From assembly GCA_025201805.1 (NCBI GenBank), contig MU619255.1, positions 237,034-301,033 of the forward strand: a DNA stretch of 64,000 bases. Direction: 5' to 3'. Shown in pieces: positions 1 through 13,464 of the stretch. Made by a program: the position numbers and the translations under genes. The DNA is from Parasitella parasitica NRRL 2501 (Eukaryota; Fungi; Mucoromycota). The notes under the pieces were generated by a model, which had not been told where the DNA came from, ran no database searches, and saw only the letters and a program-made list of their open reading frames with translations. Each line of letters starts with the position of its first letter. Within the stretch, counting starts at the first letter, position 1.

Positions 1-1395
1 AATGCACGGGAGAGTAAGATAATGTGCTTCTTTTGTGATTCGTCGCCAAGAGGATGAGAGTAGGTTTTGCTGTATTCCTTGTCTGTGAGGACCTGAAATC
101 GGACCAATTCGAGCGCTGTCAAAAAGGCTTCCTGTGTCGATAATGTGCTGTTGGATTTCAAAGCCGAGTAGAGTGCTTGGCCCCATGGTGTGTAGATGTG
201 CTTGGATGAAGTCAAGAAGCTACAAGGGGTTATGCGTCAGTATCGATCATGTTTACGCTCTGAACAGATAACATACTCTCTGACCTCCAACGTCTTCCAC
301 AAAACGTTAGCAACAATCTCGTTCTTATCGATTAACGGTTGTTCAGGATGAGGTCGAGTGATTGTCTTGCTAGCTTTTGTCTCGTTTTGAACAGCGCGGA
401 TGCAAAATTGGAGGTCGATGGCAGATGTCTATCGAATTAAGTCAAGTACACGTTCGTATATGCGCACCCTAATCATCCCTACCTTTTGTTGCTTTAGCTC
501 TGCTTGAACAAACTCATTTGTAACGTTCCAAGAGCTGGTCTTTTCATATATAGTGTTTAACGGTGTAGCGTCAATTCGAGTTGTTGCATTTCCCTCTGAA
601 GGCTGATGGTGCATGATTTGCTCGACGCTAGGTTCGAACCAAAAGTAGCTTGCAATTTTGCGGGTTTTGTAGAACGGATGCAGCGGTTGTGTCAGTAAGC
701 TGAGTGTTTGTGTGCGGATGTTGAGCAGTTGGGTCAAGAAATTTTGATATTCGATTGATTCGCCATTGTCCAGGGGCGCACTTTCGATCAGAACACCAGA
801 CACCAAGCTGTTGATGGATTGAGGTCCGACCAATCCTCGCATCAGGTAGTAGTATAGTTCATCAGGAAGACGGTAGCCGATAAATTCGTGGATATCGTTG
901 GGTGCATTTTCGATATTGAGTGGTTTCACTTCACCGTCGTCGTGAACAACTAGATGATATTTGACTGCACAGCGCGTGCGGCAGAATGTGTCGATATAAT
1001 TGGTCTTTGAAACGGTTGGATTGTCTGAAAATGCTTGCACTGCGTTGAATCCAGTTTTGTGCTGTTTGATCAAATCGTGGACACCTACAGATTTTCTCAG
1101 TTAGCCGCCTCGTTGTACCATAACAAGACATCCGATACTTGCCGGTAAAGGTAAAGCTAACATGTGATGTGTTGAGAGGAGGAAAAGTAGGGCAGTACTC
1201 AAAGCCAGCCAGTATACAAATATCCAAGAACTGTTCGTCAGAGACATGCAAATCTTGGAGTACTGTTCTTTTATTGATCCAGTGATAGTTTCCCTTTTCG
1301 AAATCGACGCTCGTTATCATCTTGTCGATATCCCACATCAATAACTCGGATCCGCCGCAGACAGCATTGACAAGTTGTTTAGGATGCGTGTACAT
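1..1395 (-). CDS. MKT1: Mkt1 post-transcriptional regulator (XPG/PIN-like), partial; 5' part lost in the N gap, 3' end beyond window start
   Basis: Spliced ORFs 931-1395 and 429-1073 give 'QFLDICILAGFEYCPTFPPL', 'PNDIHEFIGYRLPDELYYYLMRGLVGP' and 'PLDNGESIEY', which are typical of Mkt1. Canonical GT-AG introns. Confidence 0.8.
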
Positions 1396-1429
1396 GTATG
1401 CTAGCTATGACATGCTTTCAGTTTTTTTT

Positions 1430-2424
1430 NNNNNNNNNNNNNNNNNNNNNNNNNNNNNNNNNNNNNNNNNNNNNNNNNNNNNNNNNNNNNNNNNNNNNNN
1501 NNNNNNNNNNNNNNNNNNNNNNNNNNNNNNNNNNNNNNNNNNNNNNNNNNNNNNNNNNNNNNNNNNNNNNNNNNNNNNNNNNNNNNNNNNNNNNNNNNNN
1601 NNNNNNNNNNNNNNNNNNNNNNNNNNNNNNNNNNNNNNNNNNNNNNNNNNNNNNNNNNNNNNNNNNNNNNNNNNNNNNNNNNNNNNNNNNNNNNNNNNNN
1701 NNNNNNNNNNNNNNNNNNNNNNNNNNNNNNNNNNNNNNNNNNNNNNNNNNNNNNNNNNNNNNNNNNNNNNNNNNNNNNNNNNNNNNNNNNNNNNNNNNNN
1801 NNNNNNNNNNNNNNNNNNNNNNNNNNNNNNNNNNNNNNNNNNNNNNNNNNNNNNNNNNNNNNNNNNNNNNNNNNNNNNNNNNNNNNNNNNNNNNNNNNNN
1901 NNNNNNNNNNNNNNNNNNNNNNNNNNNNNNNNNNNNNNNNNNNNNNNNNNNNNNNNNNNNNNNNNNNNNNNNNNNNNNNNNNNNNNNNNNNNNNNNNNNN
2001 NNNNNNNNNNNNNNNNNNNNNNNNNNNNNNNNNNNNNNNNNNNNNNNNNNNNNNNNNNNNNNNNNNNNNNNNNNNNNNNNNNNNNNNNNNNNNNNNNNNN
2101 NNNNNNNNNNNNNNNNNNNNNNNNNNNNNNNNNNNNNNNNNNNNNNNNNNNNNNNNNNNNNNNNNNNNNNNNNNNNNNNNNNNNNNNNNNNNNNNNNNNN
2201 NNNNNNNNNNNNNNNNNNNNNNNNNNNNNNNNNNNNNNNNNNNNNNNNNNNNNNNNNNNNNNNNNNNNNNNNNNNNNNNNNNNNNNNNNNNNNNNNNNNN
2301 NNNNNNNNNNNNNNNNNNNNNNNNNNNNNNNNNNNNNNNNNNNNNNNNNNNNNNNNNNNNNNNNNNNNNNNNNNNNNNNNNNNNNNNNNNNNNNNNNNNN
2401 NNNNNNNNNNNNNNNNNNNNNNNN
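1430..2424. other. Assembly gap (~995 N). Smaller gaps at 24214-24223, 26040-26049 and 48859-48873
   Basis: Runs of N. Confidence 1.
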
Positions 2425-2981
2425 GTATGAAAATCAATGCCACAGCTATGTCGTCTGTTTTGTCTTTTTGAAAATCTCTGGGCATCACCTTATCTTGTAA
2501 AGATATTGGGTTGCATCAGCCAAGTGCGTTTTGGTAGACTCGACAATATAAACCTTAGAAAACATCGGAGCCCCACATTGACCTCTTATGAGCTGTCAGT
2601 ATACAACTTGAAATAAAGTGAAAAAAAAAAAAACTCTCCCTCCCCCCATTTTTCTGTCATCTTATTATCGAATCCTTCTAGTAAAAGTGATACATACAGC
2701 ACACCAGCCAAAATATGCATAAACCTGCTCTCATCAGTGAAAAAGTAGCGTTTTAAAGCATCATTTTAAGCATTTTCTGGACAAAATTGAAGCTCAAACG
2801 CGGTTGGAACTATCTCTGGGACTATGTGGCATCTTTGCTGTATGTGTATATTATGTGTTTTTCAGGGCGATGAAATCTCTGCGGAGATTCGGGAGCTAAT
2901 AGGATATAAAAAAGATCTCGAATTATCTCCAACATGGACCACTACATTTTAAGCTCTTCACATTATTAACCAAGCATCGTC

Positions 2982-4297
2982 ATGTCTGGTAAATCACAGC
3001 AAGTTCCTGTCGGCAACCTTCACTGCCAAAAGGACACATTCTGTCGCCAATTCACAACAGAATGCATCGCATGTTCGGAAAAGCCTGACAAGAAGGGCTT
3101 CTACCAAGTCGAGCTTGTTGACACTAGTAAAGTATTCGTCCACGACATTGTCATCCACGTCCCACGTTAACCTATCACGTGTACCTAGTTCTTTTTCCTG
3201 AAGGCGGTGGGCAGCCTTGCGATACAGGCTACATCGACAACATCAAAGTCCACAACGTCCAACGTCAAAAGCTGGCCCATGTTCATTACACCAAGGAGCC
3301 TGTCAGTGTGGGCCCTGTCTCGCTACGTCTGGATTGGGATCGTCGTTGGGACTGTATGCAGCAGCACAGCGGCCAGCATTTACTCAGTGCGGTTTTGGAG
3401 CAGGACCCTTACAACATCGAAACCATCTCTTGGAGTCTAGGCGAAAAGAGGTCGTTTATAGAGCTACCCACCAGCACCCAGAAAGCGGCCATTACGCCTG
3501 AACTGCTGAACGAAGTGGAGGCTATTGTCAACCAGCTGATCATCAAAAATGTACCAGTAATCACGCACTCGGAAGAGGCTAGCGACGACAAGGAGACTCG
3601 TCCTGACAGCTTGCCCAAAGACTATGTCGGTGGCGGCCATATCCGCACGATCGAAATCCAAGGCTTAGACAGAAACCCGTGCTGCGGGACTCATGTGCTT
3701 GCGCTTGGGCAGCTGCAATGCCTCAAACTGCTCAGCACGGAAAGCGTACGAGGCGGAAATACGCGAGTGTTCTTTCTGGTTGGCCAGCGCGTGCTTGATT
3801 CCTTTGACGCAAGCTACCAAATCACACGTCAGATCACCCATCTTTTGTCGGGCGGTCAGGAGACCTTTGCAGAGAGCATCCAAAAGATCCAGCAGCAAAG
3901 CCGAGACAACATGAAACGAGCAAAGAGATATCTGGAGCAGCTGGCCCAGTTTACTGTCAGTGACATTGCCAAAACATTGGAAACCCAGAGATCTGCCATC
4001 GTGTACAAGGAGGATGGCGATATGGAGTTTTTGGGCATGATAGCCAACGGCATCCGTGATCGCCAGCTGCTGGAAAACAACGACAAGGTTGTTGTTTTGG
4101 CAGCTGGGGAGCGCAGGACGGGAGGGCCGGTTATTGTGGCCGGATCTGATAACGACATTGTGCAAAAGACGGGTAAAATCCTAACGACGGTGCTCTCTGG
4201 AGTGAAGGGCGGTGGTAAAGGACGATGGCAGGGAAAGGCGCAAAACTGGGATGGCATCGAAGAGCTGGAAAAGGCGTTGCAAGACGAAATCAAGTGA
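2982..4297 (+). CDS. Alanyl-tRNA editing protein AlaX/AARSD1-like
   Basis: Intron 3127-3188 restores 'DTILFPEGGGQP'. Zn-binding editing motifs QQHSGQH (HxxxH) and CCGTH (CxxxH). C-terminal KGGGKG. Confidence 0.9.
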
Positions 4298-4426
4298 TTT
4301 ACCTATCTGCTATTGTTTGTACATTAAAGATAACCGTTCCCACTTTTATTTTTTTTTCTGAGTTTATGTAGACCCTTTCTGGTATTTCCCTTCATTTTTC
4401 AGCTTGTTCCAAAAGAAAAACTCTTT

Positions 4427-4982
4427 ATGATTGAATTCTTGAAGCAGCACACTTGCTATGATGTTCTACCGATAAGCTTCAGGCTTATTGTATTCGACAC
4501 AGACTTGCCAGTCAAAAAGGCGCTCGAGATCCTCGTTCAAAATGGTAACAACGGACAACGGACAAGGATGCAAACAGTCAGCTTATTTGTACATTTTTTA
4601 CCAATCTTTTGAGGCATCGTATCAGCCCCACTTTGGTCTAGCTCCACGCACTCGTTTGCCGGTATGCTCACCGTGAGTGACTTTATCAGCCTTATCCAGC
4701 ATTACTACTCCCATCAATCGCATCAGCGTGAAGTCGAAGCAATGCGTTTATCACATTTAACAGATCAGATCAAGCAAAACTACCCTATACATCCAATGAC
4801 CACGCTATATGATGCTGCCGTGTTGATGTCTTCAACAAGGGCACATCGGATTCCACTCATGGACTCGAACAAGGAGATTGTCAGCGTCATGACCCAGTAT
4901 AGATTGATGAAGTTTATAGCAAACAATGTAATATGGCATGTACTGTCCGTATGCCATGCAGCCGCTAACTCCCACTATATAT

Positions 4983-5013
<31 letters not shown>

Positions 5014-5581
5014 AATGCATAGTTCCAGCAAACAGAATTACTGAATATACCCTTATCAAGGCTTAATATCGGTGTTTATGGCGAGGCGGTAGCGACAGCC
5101 ACAATGCAAACGCCTGTCATTGATGTCATCGCATTATTTGCAAACCTGAATATCAGTGCTGTTCCCATTGTAGATGACCAGGGCACTGTATTCAACATGT
5201 ATGATACAATCGATGTGATGGTAAGCACGTGAGACATTCTATTGCGTTGTTTGTTTTATCAAGCTTCTATGCAGAGTCTTGTGAGATCAGAGAAATACGG
5301 CGATCTCGATTTACCCGTTGGAGAAGCATTGAAGTCCAGGCCAAAAGTACGTACAAGTCTATCAAACTATAACATTACACAGCGCCTAAATACATACAAC
5401 CACACAACAGAACTTTCCAGGCGTCTGCACATGTACAATGGATGATACCCTCTTGTCTATATTCAAAACTATAAAAAAGAAGCGAGTGTACCGGCTTGCA
5501 GTGATCGAGCCGGCAACGTTCAAATTAGTTGGATTGCTAAGCATATCGGATGTATTAGGATATCTAGTAAAAGCGAATTAA
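4427..5581 (+). CDS. SNF4: SNF4/AMPK gamma subunit-like CBS-domain protein (5 exons)
   Basis: 'TCYDVLPISFRLIVFDTDLPVKKAL', 'GIVSAPLW', 'GMLTVSDFI', 'HRIPL', 'ISAVPIVD', 'GLLSISDVLGYL'. Frame is intact across four introns. Confidence 0.85.
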
Positions 5582-5733
5582 AGAGCAGTATATGTATATA
5601 TATATATATATATATACAGTTTTAATCTATATAGGTTTGTGTATGTATGATGGATGCTATAAGGGGGAGGGGTATATATATATATGTGTGTGTGTGTGCG
5701 CGTGTAAGGTATAGTGTGAGCATGTTGGATGCT

Positions 5734-6787
5734 TTATCGAACAGTCTGAGCACAGTCGATATCACCATCGGAACCAAAGAAATCATCGTCTGAATCATTG
5801 TCTACAGCCGGCAAGGGCAAGGAAGTTGTTTCGTTTTTGACAGTTCGTTGCACTTTGACAGCCCGTTCATTGGTAATGTGGATTGTAGCTTCTTGGGCGT
5901 CAATGTCTCTTTTGCGCTTTTTTGCTTCCTCCTTGGCTTCAGTCAGCTTTTCGTTCAGTGTCCTGACCTGCTGCTCTAACGTGTATATCTTTTGCTTTTT
6001 GTGATTTAGCAGCCGCACAAATTTATCAATCATGACAAACTTGTTTTTGCTCTCTTTGATGCTCATGGACTCGATGGTGTCTTTGAGTTCGCTGTTAGTC
6101 TTTGTAATGTCCGTGATGCGCTGCTGCAAGGCCTTGTTTGCTTGCTGCGTATTTCAGGTTAAAATTAGGGAATCTCTCGCCAAGCCAACGCATTGATTGG
6201 CAACTTACTGTAAAAGTGAATGATGCAGTGGTGCTGTTTGCAAACCATGACTTGAGCAGATCTTTGTATCTGTCTTTGGATGCTTTTTGCAGCAGAAAGG
6301 AGCCAGCAGTCAGTGGAATGTCGCCGTCGAATGTTCGCAGACGCATCTAACTCGCCAAAGGTTCAGTGATCATGTGTTTTGGACAGCAGATTTTTTGACC
6401 TGTTACGCACCTGCAATTCCTGGCTCTCATTCAAACCAATCTTCCATTCCAATCTACTGCCATTGAACGACTCCTCGCTCAAAAATGCAGCTGTGAGCAC
6501 ATTGTTCCTCTGTTCTTTGATCAGAGCATTGGACTCTGGAAAGCTGCTTAGCAGTAAATGACGGTCAACTGGTAATTGATAAATCAGCAAGAAAAATAGT
6601 GAGCAACCAGCCAACCGGGTTGCTTACCTGGACATTGCCAGTAATCTTGCAAGTCTGTAACGGTAATGACTCCGTAGTCGATCTGCCCACTCTGCTCCAA
6701 GTCTACGTTTACATTAAACCATTCGCATTGGACATGAAATGTATCGTCTCCATCGACAACATCATAAAATGCATATGATTTAGTCAT
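5734..6787 (-). CDS. XRCC4: XRCC4/Lif1-like NHEJ protein
   Basis: Beta-rich head ('ITVTDLQDYW'), then a coiled coil with 'KFVRLLNHKKQKIYTL', matching the XRCC4 ligase-IV-binding stalk (human FILVLNEKKTKIRSL). 4 exons. Confidence 0.75.
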
Positions 6788-6974
6788 GTTTATAACGAAG
6801 ATTAAGGAACAAACATGTTTGTATAACAGCATATTTTCCGCTATAAATAAGAAGGGTCCCCCCCTTTTTTGATCCAGTCACGATCGAACACTCCTAATAA
6901 ATAGGTAGTCTGCAACATTGGGTCTACCAAGTTTTCGTGTTCTTGTGAATAAACTCCTATTTCATCCTCACGAC

Positions 6975-7511
6975 ATGAACAGCCAGCAAGACGGCGACAG
7001 AGATCAAGAGCGACAGCAATACCCGCCAACGACGACGCCAGACAATATACTTTCAAACATCTACAATGTGATTTCAGGCGCAAGGCAGTCGGCAAGTCAG
7101 GAATTCACTCGTTTCTGGGAGGGATTAGGACATGCTCACACACCTACCCGCAACAGCAGTAACAGCAGCAGTAGCAGCAGCAGCAGTAGCAGTAGCAGCA
7201 GAAGAAGAATAGCACCTACTTTGTTACGAAATCAACACTACAATAGAAGCAGCAGCATCAACGGAAGGTTTTTACCCGACGACAACGTTCGCGGCACCGT
7301 CAAGGATGTTGAAATTCAAACAGACGATCTTTCACAGCAGCCACCAGCATCCACTCCACAAAAGAGATCCTTTTCAGTCGTGGAAGAGTATCATATCCCT
7401 TTTCCAGTAAGGAAACCGTTTAAACGATCGCTCGAAGCAGATCATCCATCTCTGCAATGGCCAGCCTCTTTATCGCGTCGTATAGAAACCAAGGATGACG
7501 ACCTTGAAGGC

Positions 7512-7576
<65 letters not shown>

Positions 7577-9085
7577 AGAGGAAAAGTCCTCTATTTCAGA
7601 AAAAAACCCTACAATAAAAGATACCAAGAAACCTTTGGCACCACCACCGCCACCGCCTCCTTTGAACATTCAAGCATCTATCAGGGCAGCCTCTCTTTCA
7701 CCGTCTCGTTTAACATCGCCGTCAACAAGACAAGCTTCTGTCGCCAGGACAAGCGGCCGCTTCACTCCGTCTCCAAACAGGGATATTATCACGGGATCGA
7801 AATCAGTACGTCGATTGACGTTAGAGCTGGAAGAGCAGTTTTCGCCGAGATTCCCTTCTCCATTTTCCCCAAAAAAGCAACAGCAGCAGCGACAACATGA
7901 TTCCCCTTCAATAAACCAAGATACCTATGAAAGAGAAACAGAGTCCCCAGCTTCCCAATATCTGTCGTCGTCGCCGTCATTAGCAGAGGAACCAAGCTCA
8001 TACACACCGAAAGCATTCAATTTTAACGCCCCCCTACCGCCATTACCAGAAGGATCAGGCGTGACAGCACCAGAGGATACCCAAATCACTAATGACGAGG
8101 ACGACCGTTATGCCAACCGGCTAAAGCAGAGGGAGCTGGACGAACGTGTAAACAAACTGGAGGAAAAGGTCAGCATTGCGAGGACCAAAATGACAGAATA
8201 CAGCTCGGAAGGTATCACATCGCCTACGCCTTCACACATAATATCAGATACTGAAATAGCTATTCCACCGTTGCCCAAATCAGATATCCCGGCCTTTACA
8301 CGAAATGACCGCTCTACTGCTTCTAGTCCAAACACTGTGACAGACAGCTCGCGCACTTGTGCAGACAGACCTAATCTAAGCTCCAGTCCTCTGAGAACGA
8401 CCACGATGGTGAATCAAGGGGGCAGCCTGCCTTTCGGCTATACCTCTACTGCTGCATCTGCAGCTGCCCCATATTCATACAAGCACGGCTCAAGCATTCC
8501 GACTAAAAACACAATACCACCGACCAGCGCTGGCAGCCCAATTCGCAAGAAACCCGCCACGTCGCCCTACAGATCAAGCATGACCCGATCTCCCCAAAAC
8601 GACAAGAGTTTCTCGCCATCTTCAGTGACCTACACAGCTGCAAAGGCGGCCATTCAAGAGGCAGTAGACAAAAAGAGCTTCCCATCTCCGTTTGCAGAGC
8701 AAAGAGCTGGATACTCTGCAGCGGCACAGAGCGGGTCTAATTCATCGAGTCCTCACCCGGCTCCAGCACCACCGCCTCCGCCGCCTTGTCGTTCGACAGA
8801 GACATCATCCACCTACTCTGCGCCCAAGAATACGCCGTCGCCCTACCTGCAAAAGACCATGTTGAAGCCTAACGACAAGCATAAGTCTAAAATGAAAGAG
8901 TTGATCCAAATGATACCCTCGGTAAAATTGAGAAAGACAGACACATTGATGTAAGTTTTTTTCGCCCTGTGCTTTGATGTGCAAACCACGTCTGCTAATC
9001 GTTAACAATTGCTAGTGGCCCGGACGGCGTAAAGCGACCGAATCCATTCTGGAATGAAATCTATAACCATGGAAGAAGGCTTTGA
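6975..9085 (+). CDS. Disordered Ser/Pro/Gln-rich protein with short coiled coil, poly-Pro and C-terminal WH2-like motif
   Basis: Long ORF from ATG 6975. Intron 8951-9015 adds 'IGPDGVKRPNPFWNEIYNHGRRL*'. Contains 'MKELIQMIPSVKLRKT'. Confidence 0.75.
7512..7577 (+). repeat. CAG/CAA trinucleotide repeat encoding ~22 Gln
   Basis: Direct reading of the sequence. Confidence 0.95.
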
Positions 9086-9282
9086 ACAAGATTATATAAA
9101 TCCTTTAGATTGCTATCTATTTTTTTTTTTTTCGAAGAAAAGTGATCAAGTGTAAATAAAACGGAATAAAATATTTTTGCAAGACCAGTTTAATTGTTTT
9201 GTGAAATATATAGATACATAATTTTGAAAGACGTTTTTCGTGTCTTTTTTCTTCTAAAATAAATGAAATATGGGATTTATGT

Positions 9283-9336
9283 TTGTGTGTGTGTGTGTGT
9301 GTGTGCGTGTGCGTGCGTGTGTGTGTGCGTGTGCGT
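9283..9336. repeat. (GT)n/(GCGT)n microsatellite. (TA)n tracts also at ~4976-5012, ~5590-5615 and ~5672-5700
   Basis: Direct reading of the sequence. Confidence 0.95.
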
Positions 9337-9346
9337 ATGCGATTAT

Positions 9347-12300
9347 TTACTCTTTTTGCAAGATGATGCCATCTTTTCCTAGTCGTTCAATCTCTGCCAA
9401 AATAGCCGCAAAGTTGGGTGTAATGAATTTCGAAACGTCAGATTTCCCCTTGGCAGGTTTCTACAAGAATGCATCATCAATACCATACCTCTTTCTCCAT
9501 CCAGCATGCTCAACACTTACCAAAAAGCCATTCTTACTCATGTCTACAGGCACACTATTGTACCCAGCATTGACCTTCCATTGCATAGGTGCAGTGACAG
9601 CAGGATTCCAAACCAAGGCTAGTTTATCGCCGCCGTACTTGTTATTAAACACCATGACAGTGTGGCCGTACACCTTTTCTATGTCTGCTATAAACTCTTG
9701 CACAGGGTCAAATTGAGCGTAAGGCTTGTCGCCCAATTCAGCAACGCCAAAAGCAGACTTGAAGTACTTGGCCTCTGGATGCATGTTTTGATAGTAGCGA
9801 GTGCAGTGCTCCACATCCAGGTCGAGGACAACGGCGTAGTCCTGCATGGGGGTGATAAACACACGCTTGATGTCTTGGCTGGATGCAGCTTCTTCCACGA
9901 CTTGGACAGAGGCGCGGGCCAATGCCTGAATACGAGCAGCAATAGCTCTCGCAGGCCTCTTGGCGGTCCAGCGATGACCAGAATGATCTTTGGCAGTGGC
10001 AATGGTCATGACACCTACGCTCAGCTGAGGGTTGGTACGACGATGTTGGTTGAACTGAGCGACGATTTCTTCATGGTCTTTGGGCGTGAGTTCGCCTTCA
10101 ATATCGACAATCAAGGGCGTGGACTGCCAGTCCCAAGTAGCCAGTAAACCCAGAACACGGACAAACGCAGCAAAGGTGCTTGCAGGCGCAACCCACGGGT
10201 GAGATTCCAAAAACACATGAGCCACCAAAAGCTCCACCATTTCGTCAGACACGTGGGGCGACAAGAGATGGGATCCAACCCAGCGTTTGGTGAGGCGAAC
10301 AGTAGAAGAAAAAGCGGTATATTTGGCACACATGGCCTGTACGTAAAAGGTATGTGTCGGCTTGTAACGCAGCTGATATTTGTATTTCTCCAATGCCTCG
10401 ACGGCCAAGCCCTTGTTTAGCTGTGTAGTGGTTTTTGCGTCGGTAATCTTTTCAAGCAACGTCGCCTCCTGCTCCAAGCAGATATGACAGCGGAAGAGAT
10501 AGCCAAAGTAGTACACGTCTAAATAGCCACGGATGGCCAGAGGGTTCTTTTCACGCACGTCGTCGACAACGACAGAGTCTACGTCGAAGCGAGACTTGAG
10601 CTCTTCAGACATCTTGAGGTAGAATGCGTCCTTGACCTTTTGCAAAACTGTCAGATCGTCAGGGAACTTGGCAGAGCGCTCGATCTGAACGACGACGTCA
10701 ATGGCGTCGAAATAGCGGGCGGTTGTAGGATATTGCACCATGTTGTTAAAGTCAACAGGGTTGGGCAAGGTCACTGCAGAGTAGCGCAGATTAGCATGAG
10801 CAGGGTAGATGTTGGTGATCAGGAGTGGCAAAGCGTCGTCTACTTGACGCAGTTGCTTGGAGAATTGCTGGTAAGCCTGCATCACGGGCTGGAAACCGCT
10901 GGTCTTGAGCTCAGGGCTAAACAGATTTTCAGGGACTTGCTTGGAGAAGTTCAGATAGCTGAAGAGCTGGCCAGCCCAGTAAGTTAATTGAGATGTCTCG
11001 ACCTTGAGATGCAGCTGCAGCAGATACAAAACAATCTTTTGCACAATCAGGCTACGGTTTTCGTAACCTTGCGTTTGCCAGACAACAGACTCGACGATAG
11101 CGCCATCTTTGAAACGACGCAGCTCGGATTTATTCCCCCAAAACTCGCGGAATTCAGCAACGGCTTGGTCGTTTGAGGAGTCGGGCCCTTGGTCCACTAA
11201 GCGAGGCGCATTGTCAGAGTTCAGCAGCAAGCCAATCGTGACAGTAACCGGGACCTGACGTATAGCATCACTCAAAGCCCAGGAATCCTGGGTCTCAGGG
11301 TGCTGGACTGCAACCAGGTCCACACGATTGGTCAAACCACGCTTCAAAACATTGCCAACACGAGCTACGAACCACGGCAGATAGCTGTGATAATCGGCCT
11401 TTGCCACCTCGTCAAAGCCATCGACAGCGTCATCCTCAGCAACAGTAGTAAACGGAATGCGCACGACATTATCGAATTTAGACTTGGTATCATTGACATT
11501 CTTCAAGAAGAGGGCATCGAAGCGGTCAGTGGGATCGTTAAAGTAAATCATGGCAAGCTTGGCTTCGTGCTGTAGCTGAGCCAAGCCAGATGCTGTCATA
11601 GCGGCAGCCAGGTTGAGTGTGCCTGAGGGGTCAACAATAGCTACGTCGTAGTGTGTCTGGAATTCGGCCGCAGAGAATTCAGGCTTTTCACTCTCGCCCA
11701 GGAAAACAGGCGTGGTGGCAAAATCATGCGTGGCAATGAAATCCAATGTACCGCGCAAAAGCTGGTACGAGCTGTGGCTGGCAGACAGCTTTTTGCCAGT
11801 GCCGTCCTGGTTGCCTTGTATCAAGTATGCCATCAGCATAGCAAAAACAAAGGGTGTGAAGCCAAGGCTGGTGTTGTGGAAGCGCTGATGGAGCCATGTG
11901 CGAGCCAGCAGGATGGCATTTTTGAATTCAGGGCTAGCTTTGCAGTGCTGGTAAAGGAATGCCAGGTTACCGGTGTAGGATGTATCCATTAGCAGAGAGG
12001 CGTTGTAGTGAGGCGTCGCTTCAGCAGGCTTGACACAGCTCTTGCCAGGAGCTAGACGGTGAATGGGGAATACATCGGCACTGACGCTAGGCAGGATGCG
12101 GATGACGCATTTTGCCTTTGTAAAGTCTACATCAGACTTGTCACCGGCAGGCTTGACCAGCAAAATCGGCTTGCGAGCATCACCGTTCATGGTGCTGTAC
12201 TCTACAAGGAACTTTTTGTTGGCAGATTTGATAGCTCTGGCCAGGACAGCCAGATAGCAGGCTCGCTTGTGGTGGTAACGGTAGTTGGCGTAATCTTTTT

Positions 12301-13144
12301 CTTGAAAGACCGAGCTGGGCATCTGCACAGCGACATCGACGTTGAATGTCGACTTTGATCTCGCAATCGATTTGAGGCCATAACCGCCAACAATGTGCAT
12401 AGCGGTTGGCTTTTGGAAGGCAAACGAGTGCAGTGCTTCCTTGGTGGGTTGAGGATCAGGGAAAGGTGTCACAATCTTGCTGCTTTTCAGCATGTCTTGA
12501 GCAAATTCATGCAACTGCACAAACCATATAAATACATTGCCCTATCCAGAGCTTTTGCGCCAATTATAAACTTACCTTGAGTTGTTTGCCGTCCGGAATA
12601 CTGTCGAAAATGGCCTTCAGATGATGGAGCGCCTTCTCCAACGCCTTGTGTTTCTCGTAGTTGACAGCTACCTCCGCTAGCAGTTCATCAATCTACATAA
12701 GCACATCAGTCCTGTGTCCCTTCCCCTCCCTCCCCTCCCCCCCAAGAATCATCACGCAGCCACATTTCTTACCTCCAACTTGAAAATGTTTGACTTGTAC
12801 AGCTCGGCTGTTTCTTTGAGGCCCTCGAGTTCACCTGCAATGACGTCGTCTTCCGTTGCTTTGGTCTTTTTGATCCGAGTGCTTTCGAGCACATCTTCGT
12901 TGTCGCTATCGTCAGAATTGGCTTCCCAGTCGCCGTTCTCTTCTTCTCCGGAAAAGCCAATGTCCCCAGCATAATCCTCTGGCTCGTCCGAAGACTGCTG
13001 ATGCTTCTTTACCTTGATGTCCCTCTTGGCTTGCTAATATCAAATATCAATTACATGTTCTTGTATCAACACTCCACGGTTTACCTTGCTTGCAGGCTCA
13101 GAATTCAAAGACTTGCTGTATTTTCTCTTTGCTGCGAGGACCAT
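9347..13144 (-). CDS. UTP22: U3 snoRNA-associated protein Utp22 (NOL6/Nrap)
   Basis: 1019-aa core ORF with 'KDYANYRYHHKRACYL' and 'FWGNKSELRRFKDGAIVESVVW'. 5' exons give 'KETAELYKSNIFKLE'. Start ATG 13144, stop 9347. Confidence 0.95.
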
Positions 13145-13464
13145 GAAAGATGATGAAAAGATGGAAGAGATGTTTTTCTTTGGAGTGTGCACAAGATTAC
13201 ATGAATGAATTTTCAAGAGGCTTAGTGTGCAAATGGGGCCCCCCACACCCACACACCACACCTGTCAACTGCCATCGACTGCTTTTCATAGAAGGCTTTT
13301 TCCTGAATGCATCTTTGTAGTTGCCCTCTTTCATCGTGACCACTCCAGAACGAAAGAAAAAAAAAAAAAAAAGCTTTTTGACGCCTTCATTTCAAACGCT
13401 TCCTCTCTCTCTCTTTTTTTTTTTTTTTCTCAACCCTTCTTAATTGTAATACATTAGAGAAAAG
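13145..13464. promoter_or_regulatory. Probable bidirectional promoter shared by UTP22 and NOP58
   Basis: Divergent start codons 320 bp apart, with poly(A)/poly(T) tracts. Confidence 0.6.

Noticed and set aside
1322-2500. Long ORFs across the N run
   Set aside because: Artefacts of the assembly gap.
7442-7669. Poly-Cys ORF on the minus strand
   Set aside because: Antisense reading of the CAG/CAA poly-Gln tract.
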